Shown in pieces: positions 43,456-51,752 of a stretch of 57,289 nucleotides of DNA. Each line of letters begins with the position of its first letter. Within the stretch, counting starts at the first letter, position 1. The position numbers were made by a program, and so were the translations under genes. Source of the stretch: Candidatus Parcubacteria bacterium (GTDB lineage Bacteria > Patescibacteriota > Minisyncoccia > Phycocordibacterales > UBA2100); NCBI GenBank assembly GCA_003599175.1, contig QZIY01000013.1, positions 1 to 57,289 of the forward strand, given 5' to 3'. The notes beneath the pieces are model-generated. The model saw only the letters and a list, made by a program, of their open reading frames with translations. It had not been told where the DNA came from and did not search any database.

Positions 43456-43614
43456 TTAAACGCCGTAAACGATCTTGTCAACCACTTCGCTCACGCGGCG
43501 CTTTTTTTTATTGTTTGTCGGTATGATGTAATCCCGCCAGCTTACCTTTTTGCGGGAGACGCGCGCTCGTACCATGTACCCTGCCGCGCCGCTCTGGTGT
43601 GCGACCTTAGTCAT
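43456..43614 (-). CDS. possible 52-aa basic small protein
   Basis: MTKVAHQSGAAGYMVRARVSRKKVSWRDYIIPTNNKKKRRVSEVVDKIVYGV*. TATACT lies 8 nt upstream of the ATG, fitting the local leaderless pattern. No family recognised. Confidence 0.3.
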   Translation of the reverse strand: MTKVAHQSGAAGYMVRARVSRKKVSWRDYIIPTNNKKKRRVSEVVDKIVYGV

Positions 43615-43693
43615 ACGTACATAGTATACCGCACACCCACAAAAAACAACACAAAAAAACGGCATCTCACCGCTATCGTTTTTTTAGTGGGTG

Positions 43694-43820
43694 TCAAGCC
43701 GTCAAAAGAAATTCCACGATAAATCGTGTACCCTTCCCTGCCCCACTGCTTAATCGCCCCGAAATAGTTGCCGATATGGAGCGCCCCGGAGGGTTGCAAG
43801 CCAGTCAATAACCGTTGCAT
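43694..43820 (-). pseudogene. chimeric fossil: 5' fragment of a second trpS fused out of frame to a histidine-kinase 3' end fragment
   Basis: 43820-43743 encodes MQRLLTGLQPSGALHIGNYFGAIKQW (compare the real TrpRS N-terminus). 43744-43694 encodes, in another frame, GAGKGTRFIVEFLLTA*, matching the end of the HK at 49026 (about 28/31 nt identical over the core). Confidence 0.6.
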
Positions 43821-43931
43821 GAAGGGCATTGTAGCAGAAAATGACTCGCCGGTTAGGCGTTCAAGAGAACTTTACTAAAGCTACTTTAAATTGCATAATA
43901 GAAAAAGTTCAAATCAATCGGAGCTTGATCG

Positions 43932-44945
43932 ATGCCTACAGAACGAATCGTCACGGCAGGTCTCAATGGCCTTGGGCGTTTTGGTCTCAATCTGTTGCGC
44001 TGGTGGCTACAAGACGCGAATGCGTCGTATGAAATTCGGTACATAAATGATCCGGGTCTCTCGCCTGAGCTCATTCTGCAGATCCTGAAGACTGATGACG
44101 TTGTGGATGAATTTCAAAGCTGCTCCTTGCAGCTGGAAGGTGATGTACTGCGGATCGATGCGCCGAATCGAAGTGTGTCGGTGAAATTGTCACAAACAAA
44201 GCTCGCCGAGGTCCCGTGGCGCGGCGCTGTTCATATGGTGCTCGAGTGCACAGGAGTACCCAAACGGGGTAGCGAATGCTGGCCACTTCTTCGAGGTCAA
44301 ACGGAGACCATACTCTTATCGGCCAATATTCCCGAGGTTGATGCCACGCTGCTCTACGGTTTTAACCATACGGAATACGATGCGCGGTTGCACAAGGTAA
44401 TATCCTTTGGCTCCTGCACCTCGCATCCGGCGGTACTGCTTACAACGGCAATTGCGAAACAATTTGACGTGCGCGACTGCCTCGTCAACATTATTCACAG
44501 TGTGCCGCAGAGGTATATCAGCTCCGGCGCATTTCAGACGCTCTCAAGGAAGTTTTGCACGCTTGAACGCACGGGTCCCATGCTGCTGCCCACTATGCGT
44601 CCAGATCGCTTCAAAGTGAATTATACTTTCGTTCCTTGGGGTGGAGCATCGATAATGGACTTCGCCTTTCGATTTAAGCCCCGGAGTCGGAAACCGCGTG
44701 ACAAGGATGAGGCAATAGCTCATATGCGGAGCCAGATTGCTGGCGCATTGAATGGATTGTTCGAGCTAGTGCCTGAAGATCCCGGACCTCAACCCTTCGT
44801 GCGTTCGTCTCTATCCGGAAGTATCGTCGAATCGAGTTTCGATTTGCGGGGTGATACGCTGCATTTCTTCCTGTACACCAACAACGAAGGAAGCAGCATT
44901 CGGATGCATGAGCTCGCATCCTATATCGCGGGCAGATTGCCGTAG
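43932..44945 (+). CDS. highly divergent GAPDH-family dehydrogenase
   Basis: LNGLGRFGLN (compare INGFGRIGR), INDPGLSPELILQILKTDD, SFGSCTSHPAVLL (compare SNASCTTN, catalytic Cys kept), NIIHSVPQ. SD GGAG lies 9 nt upstream. Confidence 0.65.
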   Translation: MPTERIVTAGLNGLGRFGLNLLRWWLQDANASYEIRYINDPGLSPELILQILKTDDVVDEFQSCSLQLEGDVLRIDAPNRSVSVKLSQTKLAEVPWRGAVHMVLECTGVPKRGSECWPLLRGQTETILLSANIPEVDATLLYGFNHTEYDARLHKVISFGSCTSHPAVLLTTAIAKQFDVRDCLVNIIHSVPQRYISSGAFQTLSRKFCTLERTGPMLLPTMRPDRFKVNYTFVPWGGASIMDFAFRFKPRSRKPRDKDEAIAHMRSQIAGALNGLFELVPEDPGPQPFVRSSLSGSIVESSFDLRGDTLHFFLYTNNEGSSIRMHELASYIAGRLP

Positions 44946-45007
44946 CATTTTGAGTTCTTGAACCTTCAGTCCCCGCGTGCCATGCTTGCATGCGGGGACA
45001 AAATTTT

Positions 45008-45760
45008 ATGACTCCTATTAAAAAAATATCCTTTACAAATTCCCGAAATATATCGCTTGTCGGAAGTTTTTTTGATGCCGCATCAGATCGCGGAGTCGTA
45101 ATGGCGCATGGTTTTTATGGCGACAGAACTCGTCACGGGCGTTTTGATGCGCTCGGGTCAGCGTTGCAAAATAGGGATATAGCCGCACTGTCTTTCGATT
45201 TCAGTGGGTGCGGAGAAAGCGGTGACGACACGATTGATATTGAAAAGGAGGTCGATGATATGCATGCTGCGATTGCGTGGCTCCGTGCACAAGGTAAAAC
45301 TCGCATCGGCTTACTTGGCTATAGTCTTGGAGCGCTGATTGCGGCTCGCGTGTGGAGCGAGGATATTCGCTGTCTCGTCCTTTGGGCGCCGGTATCGCGC
45401 ACCAAAAATGACCCGAGGAAAGGATTTTCTCAGGAAGAGCTGGCAGAGCTTGATGCAAAAGGATATATCACCAAGCACCTTAGAAGCTCCAGCCGGTCTA
45501 CCGTTGTTATTGATAAGGATTATTTGCCGCAAAGGAAAGCAGTCGATCAGAAAACGTTGTTAGAGAATATTACGTCACCAGTCCTGATAATGCATGGGGA
45601 TGCAGATGAAAAACAGTCGATAGAAAATTCAATCTCTGCTATGCAGTACCTCAATCAAAACTCGAAATTAGAAATTATTAAGGGCGGCAAACATGACCTT
45701 ACTGCACATATGAAGCAATATATTGATCTCTCGGTGGGGTGGTTTATAAGACACCTTTAA
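45008..45760 (+). CDS. alpha/beta-fold hydrolase
   Basis: VVMAHGFYGD, nucleophile elbow GYSLGA, and late MHGDADE and H. The start at 45008 avoids the hairpin TCCCCGC...GCGGGGA. Confidence 0.8.
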   Translation: MTPIKKISFTNSRNISLVGSFFDAASDRGVVMAHGFYGDRTRHGRFDALGSALQNRDIAALSFDFSGCGESGDDTIDIEKEVDDMHAAIAWLRAQGKTRIGLLGYSLGALIAARVWSEDIRCLVLWAPVSRTKNDPRKGFSQEELAELDAKGYITKHLRSSSRSTVVIDKDYLPQRKAVDQKTLLENITSPVLIMHGDADEKQSIENSISAMQYLNQNSKLEIIKGGKHDLTAHMKQYIDLSVGWFIRHL

Positions 45761-45846
45761 TTGTTTGGTTGGCAAAGGTGTCAGGCACCATTTTTTAGCA
45801 ATAACCATTGTATGAAGATTATTCCAGCGAAAAACGGCCGAGAGAG

Positions 45847-46200
45847 CTATCTCATGCTTTTGTACTCGAGTCTTTTGATACGACGCTCATGATCAATCAC
45901 TTTGACCGAGTCTTTGTCTATAGCGCGCGAAATCCCACGTACGGTAGATTCAAGAGCATCAAACCGCTTGTCATGTTCGAGTTGCCCATGTCTTAAGTCG
46001 CGAACATCTTCAAGCACATCTTCCAGCATCTTGTTGTGTGTCACTAGAACGTCTTGTTGGAGGTTCAGGCGCTTATCGATACCATCAAAACGCTTGTCTA
46101 CGGAGTCAAATCGAACCTCAATTCGCTCGAAATGCTTCTTCATAAAGCCCATGAGTTCATCGAGACGATCGTCAGTTGATCGAGGATTCTTCCTTGTCAT
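45847..46200 (-). CDS. small coiled-coil protein, paralogue family member (117 aa)
   Basis: ISRAIDKDSVKVIDHERRIKRLEYK is 15/23 identical to the 15968 ORF block. Confidence 0.6.
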   Translation of the reverse strand: MTRKNPRSTDDRLDELMGFMKKHFERIEVRFDSVDKRFDGIDKRLNLQQDVLVTHNKMLEDVLEDVRDLRHGQLEHDKRFDALESTVRGISRAIDKDSVKVIDHERRIKRLEYKSMR

Positions 46201-46219
46201 GCAAAAGAGTATATCACGG

Positions 46220-46294
46220 TCAGATGAGTGGGAATTGGACGATAAATCGCGTGCCTTTCCCTGCTCCTTCGCTTTCCGCCCAGATTTTAAGCCG
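46220..46294 (-). pseudogene. orphan histidine-kinase 3' end (last 24 codons + stop)
   Basis: Encodes RLKIWAESEGAGKGTRFIVQFPLI*. About 70 nt align with the 3' end of the intact HK (49026-49094). It begins immediately after, and in frame with, the TAA of the DapF-like gene. Confidence 0.7.
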
Positions 46295-47044
46295 TTATGT
46301 AGTAATCAAACTTCCAGCGCGCTTACCTCGAATAGGAGCTTCAATTTTTAGCATGCCACCTCGTATTTCAGTTCGAAAAATTGCGCCACTAGGCTGTTTT
46401 ATGCGAAGTTTGCGCACGCCCTCAAGTTTCCAACAGCGGTAAGCTAAAGCAGCTGTGCCAGAGGCACATGCCGTTTCGTCGTAAAGTGTACGAATATCTC
46501 GTACCCATACAGTGGCGGTAATTTCGTATGCACCCTCTCTTGTCTTCTTGTACCCGATGACACCGGACGCTTTACGGGATAAGAGGTGCTTCGAACGCAA
46601 CATCTCTTTTGCCTTTCTTTTAGTGATACTTCTCGAATTGAGTATGTGTGTTATTCCAGGAAGTGAGCAGACATCTTTTTTAATGCGAAAGGCACTTAAG
46701 GGGAGAGTTACGGAGGATTTTCTCTGAGAGGCCTGTACTTTGACTGGCTCGCGCAAACCACTCGTTTCTAAGAAGAAAGATTTTTTTTTGTTGATAATCG
46801 ACGCAAGTGCACGTGTTGCATTCCCGCAAAATTCACCTCCCGCCATTTCTAATCTTCCAGCCGCCTTCTGTGTTTTTGCAGGCATCCAAAAACCAACTTG
46901 TTCTACTTTTTTGTTCGCATGAAGCAGATTGAGTGCGATTCTCTTCCTCTTTGCAATATTAAAAACTCCCGGCACTATTGCCGTTGTGTTCCCTCCTGGA
47001 TCTACAATGAAATATGGTATTTTTTTGCTCATGTCAGAAAACAA
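46295..47044 (-). CDS. DapF-like (diaminopimelate epimerase fold) epimerase/racemase
   Basis: Two pseudo-symmetric active-site Cys motifs: MAGGEFCGNATRALA and DETACASGTAALA. Confidence 0.6.
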   Translation of the reverse strand: MFSDMSKKIPYFIVDPGGNTTAIVPGVFNIAKRKRIALNLLHANKKVEQVGFWMPAKTQKAAGRLEMAGGEFCGNATRALASIINKKKSFFLETSGLREPVKVQASQRKSSVTLPLSAFRIKKDVCSLPGITHILNSRSITKRKAKEMLRSKHLLSRKASGVIGYKKTREGAYEITATVWVRDIRTLYDETACASGTAALAYRCWKLEGVRKLRIKQPSGAIFRTEIRGGMLKIEAPIRGKRAGSLITT

Positions 47045-47110
47045 GCGGACCCGTTGCGTGAAAGAATACTAACAGAAAGGTCCCAGTTTCTTAAGCGCAT
47101 GTAACTAGGC

Positions 47111-47143
47111 AAGAAAGACACCTCCGCTGCGAACGGAGGTGTC
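47111..47143 (-). terminator. rho-independent terminator after the ATP-grasp gene
   Basis: Minus strand GACACCTCCG-TTCGCAG-CGGAGGTGTC followed by TTTCTT. Confidence 0.6.
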
Positions 47144-47166
47144 AAAACGGCGCCCACATAACTGCA

Positions 47167-48363
47167 TTAGGCCGCAATGATAGGCATTTGTATGCAGTCT
47201 GGTGCTCCGTGAACTATTTTTTCAGGTCGGCCAGTGATTTTCATCCCTGCAACACCGTCTTTTTGCGCGTACACCGTCAGTCGGAAGTAATACGGTGAAC
47301 GAACTCGCTCATTACCATCGAAGACGATAACATCGAACGGTTTCTGATCGATTTCCTCTTGGATGATCCAGAGTGGTTTTTTAGCGTTGCGCTGTCCCCG
47401 AACGATTCGACTAAACATTTCGCCCTCGTCATATCGCACAATACCCTTGCATCCTGAGGAGCAGGTTGCCTTCAGGATGAAGCGTTTGTGTGTACTTGGC
47501 GGCGTGAAGGTGCATTTTTCGAGTTCCCCAGTGAGAAGAGCGGTTGCCGGTATGAGTCCTTGGAAACTTGGCTGGTTTGCGAAATACGGCAAGAATGCTT
47601 TTGACCCCAAATACGCCTTTGGTGGGTAGACAGCATACGTGTCGCCTTCTGTATATCGACGCAAAAGCTGATCACGTATGGCAGGCGTACGATCCAAATT
47701 CTCTGGGATGCACAGTACTTGTGATATATCCCTCACGCTGACCATGTCACGTTCGCGGAGGGTGTTAATTGAGATACCGCGTTCGCGTAAAAAACGCGAA
47801 AGTACATCATAGGACGTCTCATAATACATCTCCTTCTCGGACACGATGATGTGCCATTTTTCGGCCGCGTTAAGGTACTTTCCGAGCGCGTCAGTAAGTA
47901 TGCGCCCCGGGTGCATACCGGCGAGGAGTGCGATGGAATCCATGAGCGCAATGGTGCCGAGCGCGCGCGGGTTGTACGTGTCAATCTCGAGTACTTGCCA
48001 CCCGCTGTCAATACCATAGGCGAAATCAATCTTCACCATTGGCGGGACATCGTCGCATACGCTTCTGCCTGGCAGTGATAATCCATGTGAGGCAATTTTT
48101 GCCTGACGCAGGAAGAATGCTTCGTCATGCAGCAGACTCTTTTTCTGTCCGAGTACGTGGAGGTTTCGCTCGAGATTCTCAACAGCGGCATAAATGTTAC
48201 TCGCGGTCGCGGTAAGCGCTTCGCTGTCCAACACGAGCGCTGCGGGAGTGAGAGTGCAAGCATGTCGTGTACGTCTTTCAACTGTTTCCCAGTAGCCAGA
48301 ACGAACGAAATGTGCCTGAACATCATCAGGGGCCAAACCCAGGTCGATGACTGAAGGAAGCAT
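47167..48363 (-). CDS. glutathionylspermidine-synthase-like ATP-grasp amide ligase (tentative)
   Basis: MVKIDFAYGIDSGWQVLEIDTYNPRALGT (compare R.DF....g..kllEyNaDtP), YPPKAYLGSKAFLPYF, LKATCSSGCKGIV, WIIQEEI. Called from memory of PF03738-like patterns. Confidence 0.5.
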   Translation of the reverse strand: MLPSVIDLGLAPDDVQAHFVRSGYWETVERRTRHACTLTPAALVLDSEALTATASNIYAAVENLERNLHVLGQKKSLLHDEAFFLRQAKIASHGLSLPGRSVCDDVPPMVKIDFAYGIDSGWQVLEIDTYNPRALGTIALMDSIALLAGMHPGRILTDALGKYLNAAEKWHIIVSEKEMYYETSYDVLSRFLRERGISINTLRERDMVSVRDISQVLCIPENLDRTPAIRDQLLRRYTEGDTYAVYPPKAYLGSKAFLPYFANQPSFQGLIPATALLTGELEKCTFTPPSTHKRFILKATCSSGCKGIVRYDEGEMFSRIVRGQRNAKKPLWIIQEEIDQKPFDVIVFDGNERVRSPYYFRLTVYAQKDGVAGMKITGRPEKIVHGAPDCIQMPIIAA

Positions 48364-48446
48364 CGCTCAACCTTTTCTGTTGTGTGAAAGAGCAAGATGC
48401 CTCTTGGGCATCGCGCTGTCGGCTAGCTTGGCCAACAGCGCGCCGC

Positions 48447-48911
48447 TCACAAGGTAACACCAATCAAGGGCAAAACCTCTCTGAGGTGGGTGATAGTTTG
48501 CCACGGGGTATCGCTGACGGTCGCAGGTTCAAGGTCGGCAAATTTGCCCGATTTTAGCCAGATGGTCCGCATGCCCGACTGATTGCCTGAACGTATTTCC
48601 TTATGGAGATGGTCTCCAATCACATAGACATCTTTTGGCTGCAGATTCGTGTCCCGCAGGATCTCGAAGAAAAGAGCGGGTTCTTTTCGCTCCACAAAGA
48701 ATGTTTTTTGAAAGTAGTTCGCAAGACCCATCTCTTCTAAGACCTGCGGCCTGCTCTCTTCTGCCTTGGAGACAAGGTACATAGGGACTTGCTTTTCGTG
48801 AAGGAATCGAAGCAGGTCCTCAGCGCCGTCGATAAAATCATTTCGATCGGGATCATAAATAGTTCGGTTGAAATCAAAAATAACGGCTAAGCCGTTTTCT
48901 TTAGGATTCAT
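48447..48911 (-). CDS. HAD-superfamily hydrolase (motif I reads DFNRT)
   Basis: AVIFDFNRTIYD (motif I with Asn at the second Asp position), LVSKA, VIGDHLHKEIRSGNQSGMRTIWL. Confidence 0.75.
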   Translation of the reverse strand: MNPKENGLAVIFDFNRTIYDPDRNDFIDGAEDLLRFLHEKQVPMYLVSKAEESRPQVLEEMGLANYFQKTFFVERKEPALFFEILRDTNLQPKDVYVIGDHLHKEIRSGNQSGMRTIWLKSGKFADLEPATVSDTPWQTITHLREVLPLIGVTL

Positions 48912-49025
48912 ATAGTAAAGCTTAGTACGATTGCTCGTGATTTAAAAGCTCTTAAGGATAAATGATAACATGGTTTTATTGGCAGGTCGCAAGTTGTTTT
49001 CCGGACTGTGGATAACTAGAATGCC

Positions 49026-50672
49026 TTAGGAAAGCGGAAACTGAACGATAAATCGCGTGCCCTTCCCTGCCCCTTCGCTCTCTGCCCAAATTTTGCCGCC
49101 GTGGGCATCGACGATTTGTTTTGCGATGAAAAGGCCGTAGCCGGTCGAATGCACATTGATCTTGATCGAATCCTTGCCATGGCCGCCTTCGGTAAAAAGA
49201 TGCTTCATATCTTCTGGGGTAATGCCGATGCCGGTATCTTCGACGAGCATCTGCGCAAGATCGCCTTGTTTTGAAAGCGTGATGGTGACTGAGCCATGCT
49301 CCGTGTATTTGATCGAGTTGTCGATCACATTGCGAATCACGTGTCGTGCGATTTTATCTTTGTCCCCATTGATCGTGAGAACTTCCGCTGCAGGGTGGAA
49401 CTGGAGCGAGAGTCCACGTGCAGCTGCGGACTCTTGTAAATCATTCACCGACTCTTCGACAGTTTTCCCAAAATCAAAATTTTCTTTTTTATACGCCACC
49501 GTTCCCTTTTTCATATTGGACGCATCCAAAATATCCATGATCGTACTCACGCCCTTGCGTACCTCGGTGAGCGCCATCTGAGCCATGCCCTTCAAATCCT
49601 GCGAGACGTCGCCATAATCACCTTCGACGATCGCGGCAAACCCCGCTTCGCTCTTAGTAAGATACCCCTTCACCTCGTGGCTCATAAAGTGAAGGAGATT
49701 TTCTTGCTGTGCATTGGCAATCTCGAGTTCTCTTGCCTGTTTCTCGATAAGTTCGCGTTGCTTCACTTCTTTTTTTACACTCCGGATGAGGACCAGACCG
49801 ATTGCCCCGGTTAAGACGAGCGTTACTCCGATCAGCACGACGTTGTAAATATTATCGGCAAATGTAAACATCGATGCGATGAGAATAACGAGCGCAATAA
49901 CGAGTGCCTGTGCAGCAAGCATGCCGACGTTGAATGTTTTAAACCGTACAATCAGAGCCGCAATAAATGCCATAAATATGGGCATGCCAAAGAGCCCATA
50001 CAGCTCAATTCGAGAGTCTTTGAAAAGACCGATGTCAATGAGATATGAGGCCAAGAAGACCAAAGTGAAGAACAGGAAGAGGAAGAGTTCAATACCAAGA
50101 CCCATGTATACGATTTGCTTCCGGAAATCCGCTGTTGTCGTGCGATATCGGTGGACCAGGAGTCCAAGGATCCAGATCATGGCTATAGCTCCAAGCGAAA
50201 CGTAGTAGTACTTGTACCAGAATCCTTCGAAGAGGAACGCATCGCAATTTGTGAGATCAAAGCCCGCGACATTCCAGTCGGTCGGCGCAAGCAGGATCAT
50301 GGGGAGCATCAGCGCCAAAAAAACACCCTTGAGTTTTGGTGATACATCTTTTTCATACAGAAAGACATAGATGAAGTAGATGCTGAATATCGAAATCAAA
50401 CTCGAAAGGATGCGCAAGAACGACCAGGAGAAGAGTAGTGAGTCGCTATTCACGTTGGTCCACAGCGTGAGATTGATCGAGCACCAGAGCGAAAAGCTAA
50501 GCGCAATGACCAAAAGAAGTCGGCTCAATAAGAGATGCCTTGCGTTGAGGAATACGAAGAGCCCGACAAGAAGTGCGACGACGATTGCAGGAATATGTGA
50601 GTAGTACAAGAGCTCAGGTACGCCTTCCGCAAAAATAAAGAATGTCGGCTCTGGAAAATATGGACAGATCAT
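49026..50672 (-). CDS. sensor histidine kinase with ~8-TM N-terminal domain; no response regulator nearby
   Basis: H-box HFMSHEVKGYL, N box DNSIKYT, G1 DTGIGI, G2 GYGLFIAK. Confidence 0.9.
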   Translation of the reverse strand: MICPYFPEPTFFIFAEGVPELLYYSHIPAIVVALLVGLFVFLNARHLLLSRLLLVIALSFSLWCSINLTLWTNVNSDSLLFSWSFLRILSSLISIFSIYFIYVFLYEKDVSPKLKGVFLALMLPMILLAPTDWNVAGFDLTNCDAFLFEGFWYKYYYVSLGAIAMIWILGLLVHRYRTTTADFRKQIVYMGLGIELFLFLFFTLVFLASYLIDIGLFKDSRIELYGLFGMPIFMAFIAALIVRFKTFNVGMLAAQALVIALVILIASMFTFADNIYNVVLIGVTLVLTGAIGLVLIRSVKKEVKQRELIEKQARELEIANAQQENLLHFMSHEVKGYLTKSEAGFAAIVEGDYGDVSQDLKGMAQMALTEVRKGVSTIMDILDASNMKKGTVAYKKENFDFGKTVEESVNDLQESAAARGLSLQFHPAAEVLTINGDKDKIARHVIRNVIDNSIKYTEHGSVTITLSKQGDLAQMLVEDTGIGITPEDMKHLFTEGGHGKDSIKINVHSTGYGLFIAKQIVDAHGGKIWAESEGAGKGTRFIVQFPLS

Positions 50673-51115
50673 AGGTGAAGAATGTCCTCTCGAGGTGTAG
50701 TTGTAGCGTCCGTATGTTCAATTGAAGGAGCCTCTGGGATTGTTTCGACCACTCCAAAATTTTCAGCTGTAATGATCTCGCACAATTCGCCATCGATATC
50801 TGGATCGCAATAGAACTTTACGCAGTTGGTGTCATTTGTCGGCAGGCAGTGGTTGATTGACTCGCAGTCGGCGATGTACTTTCCGCACTGCGCGTACACA
50901 TCCGCCGCCGGTTTTTCTATAAGTGCATAATAGTACGTTGAAAGACACTCGTCGTCTTCGCAGCCAATGAAGCAGCTCGATGTTGCGGCATCGCATTCTG
51001 CTTCGTAGGCGACGACGTAATCACGCGCAACCATAAAGCGCGCATAGCCGACTACAACGACGAGAAGAATGAGTGCAACAAGCGAGTACTCGAAAAAATA
51101 TTCGCGAAATTTCAT
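50669..51115 (-). CDS. membrane-anchored Cys-rich extracytoplasmic protein (148 aa)
   Basis: One N-terminal TM helix, then 11 Cys in about 100 aa. Its stop overlaps the HK start (ATGA). Confidence 0.55.
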   Translation of the reverse strand: MKFREYFFEYSLVALILLVVVVGYARFMVARDYVVAYEAECDAATSSCFIGCEDDECLSTYYYALIEKPAADVYAQCGKYIADCESINHCLPTNDTNCVKFYCDPDIDGELCEIITAENFGVVETIPEAPSIEHTDATTTPREDILHL

Positions 51116-51175
51116 ATCGCAGGAGATCGCTCAAGTATAGCAGGAGTAGCCTCGCCAATATGACCACCTGTGCAA

Positions 51176-51706
51176 TCAGTGTGATTTTTTCGACTCGTTG
51201 ATTTTTTCTTCTATGAAATATTGGAAATACCCTTTGTACTTTTCCTGCAAATCGGGCTTCTCCCAGTCCGTGTCGGTAATCGTCTTTCGGCACGACTTCG
51301 TTCCACAGAGACAGGCGAGGCTGTAGGGCTTTGCGTTTTTGGAGCGAAAGAGTGTCATCGCGTAATCGAACGTAACCTCCTCCCCTTTCTGTATACCGCG
51401 CATTGCGACTAGAAAAATCTGACCTTTTATGCCGGCATTTGGGTCGCAGCTGTGGTTGAAGAAATTAATCCCACCGAGCTCCCCCTTCTTCGACGCGCAA
51501 ATCGAGAGATCTTCGGTGACCTGTATACCATTGTCTTGTAAACCCTCTGGTAATTGTTCTTCATCCTCAAGTCTCATCACGTAGCCTGAAAGGACGAGGA
51601 GACGCTCACCCTTTTTAATGTCGGCAACGGCAAACGTGCCGCGGTCATACTTTTCTGTATCCTTGACCTCGAGTTTGGGATTCAGCCAGTAGAATGCGTG
51701 TTGCAT
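51176..51706 (-). CDS. SET-domain (lysine) methyltransferase with post-SET Cys cluster
   Basis: NFFNHSCDPNA, EEVTFDY, CLCGTKSCRK. Start set at Met 51706 to clear the EamA gene. Confidence 0.8.
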   Translation of the reverse strand: MQHAFYWLNPKLEVKDTEKYDRGTFAVADIKKGERLLVLSGYVMRLEDEEQLPEGLQDNGIQVTEDLSICASKKGELGGINFFNHSCDPNAGIKGQIFLVAMRGIQKGEEVTFDYAMTLFRSKNAKPYSLACLCGTKSCRKTITDTDWEKPDLQEKYKGYFQYFIEEKINESKKSH

Positions 51707-51752
51707 AGGGACATGTGGTTGATCGATACTATAGCAAAAACCTACATGAGTA

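Noticed and set aside
43611-43829. 72-aa ORF as a genuine gene
   Set aside because: It is a read-through of a trpS N-terminal fragment into an out-of-frame HK fragment and then poly-T sequence. It is treated as a pseudogene fossil instead.
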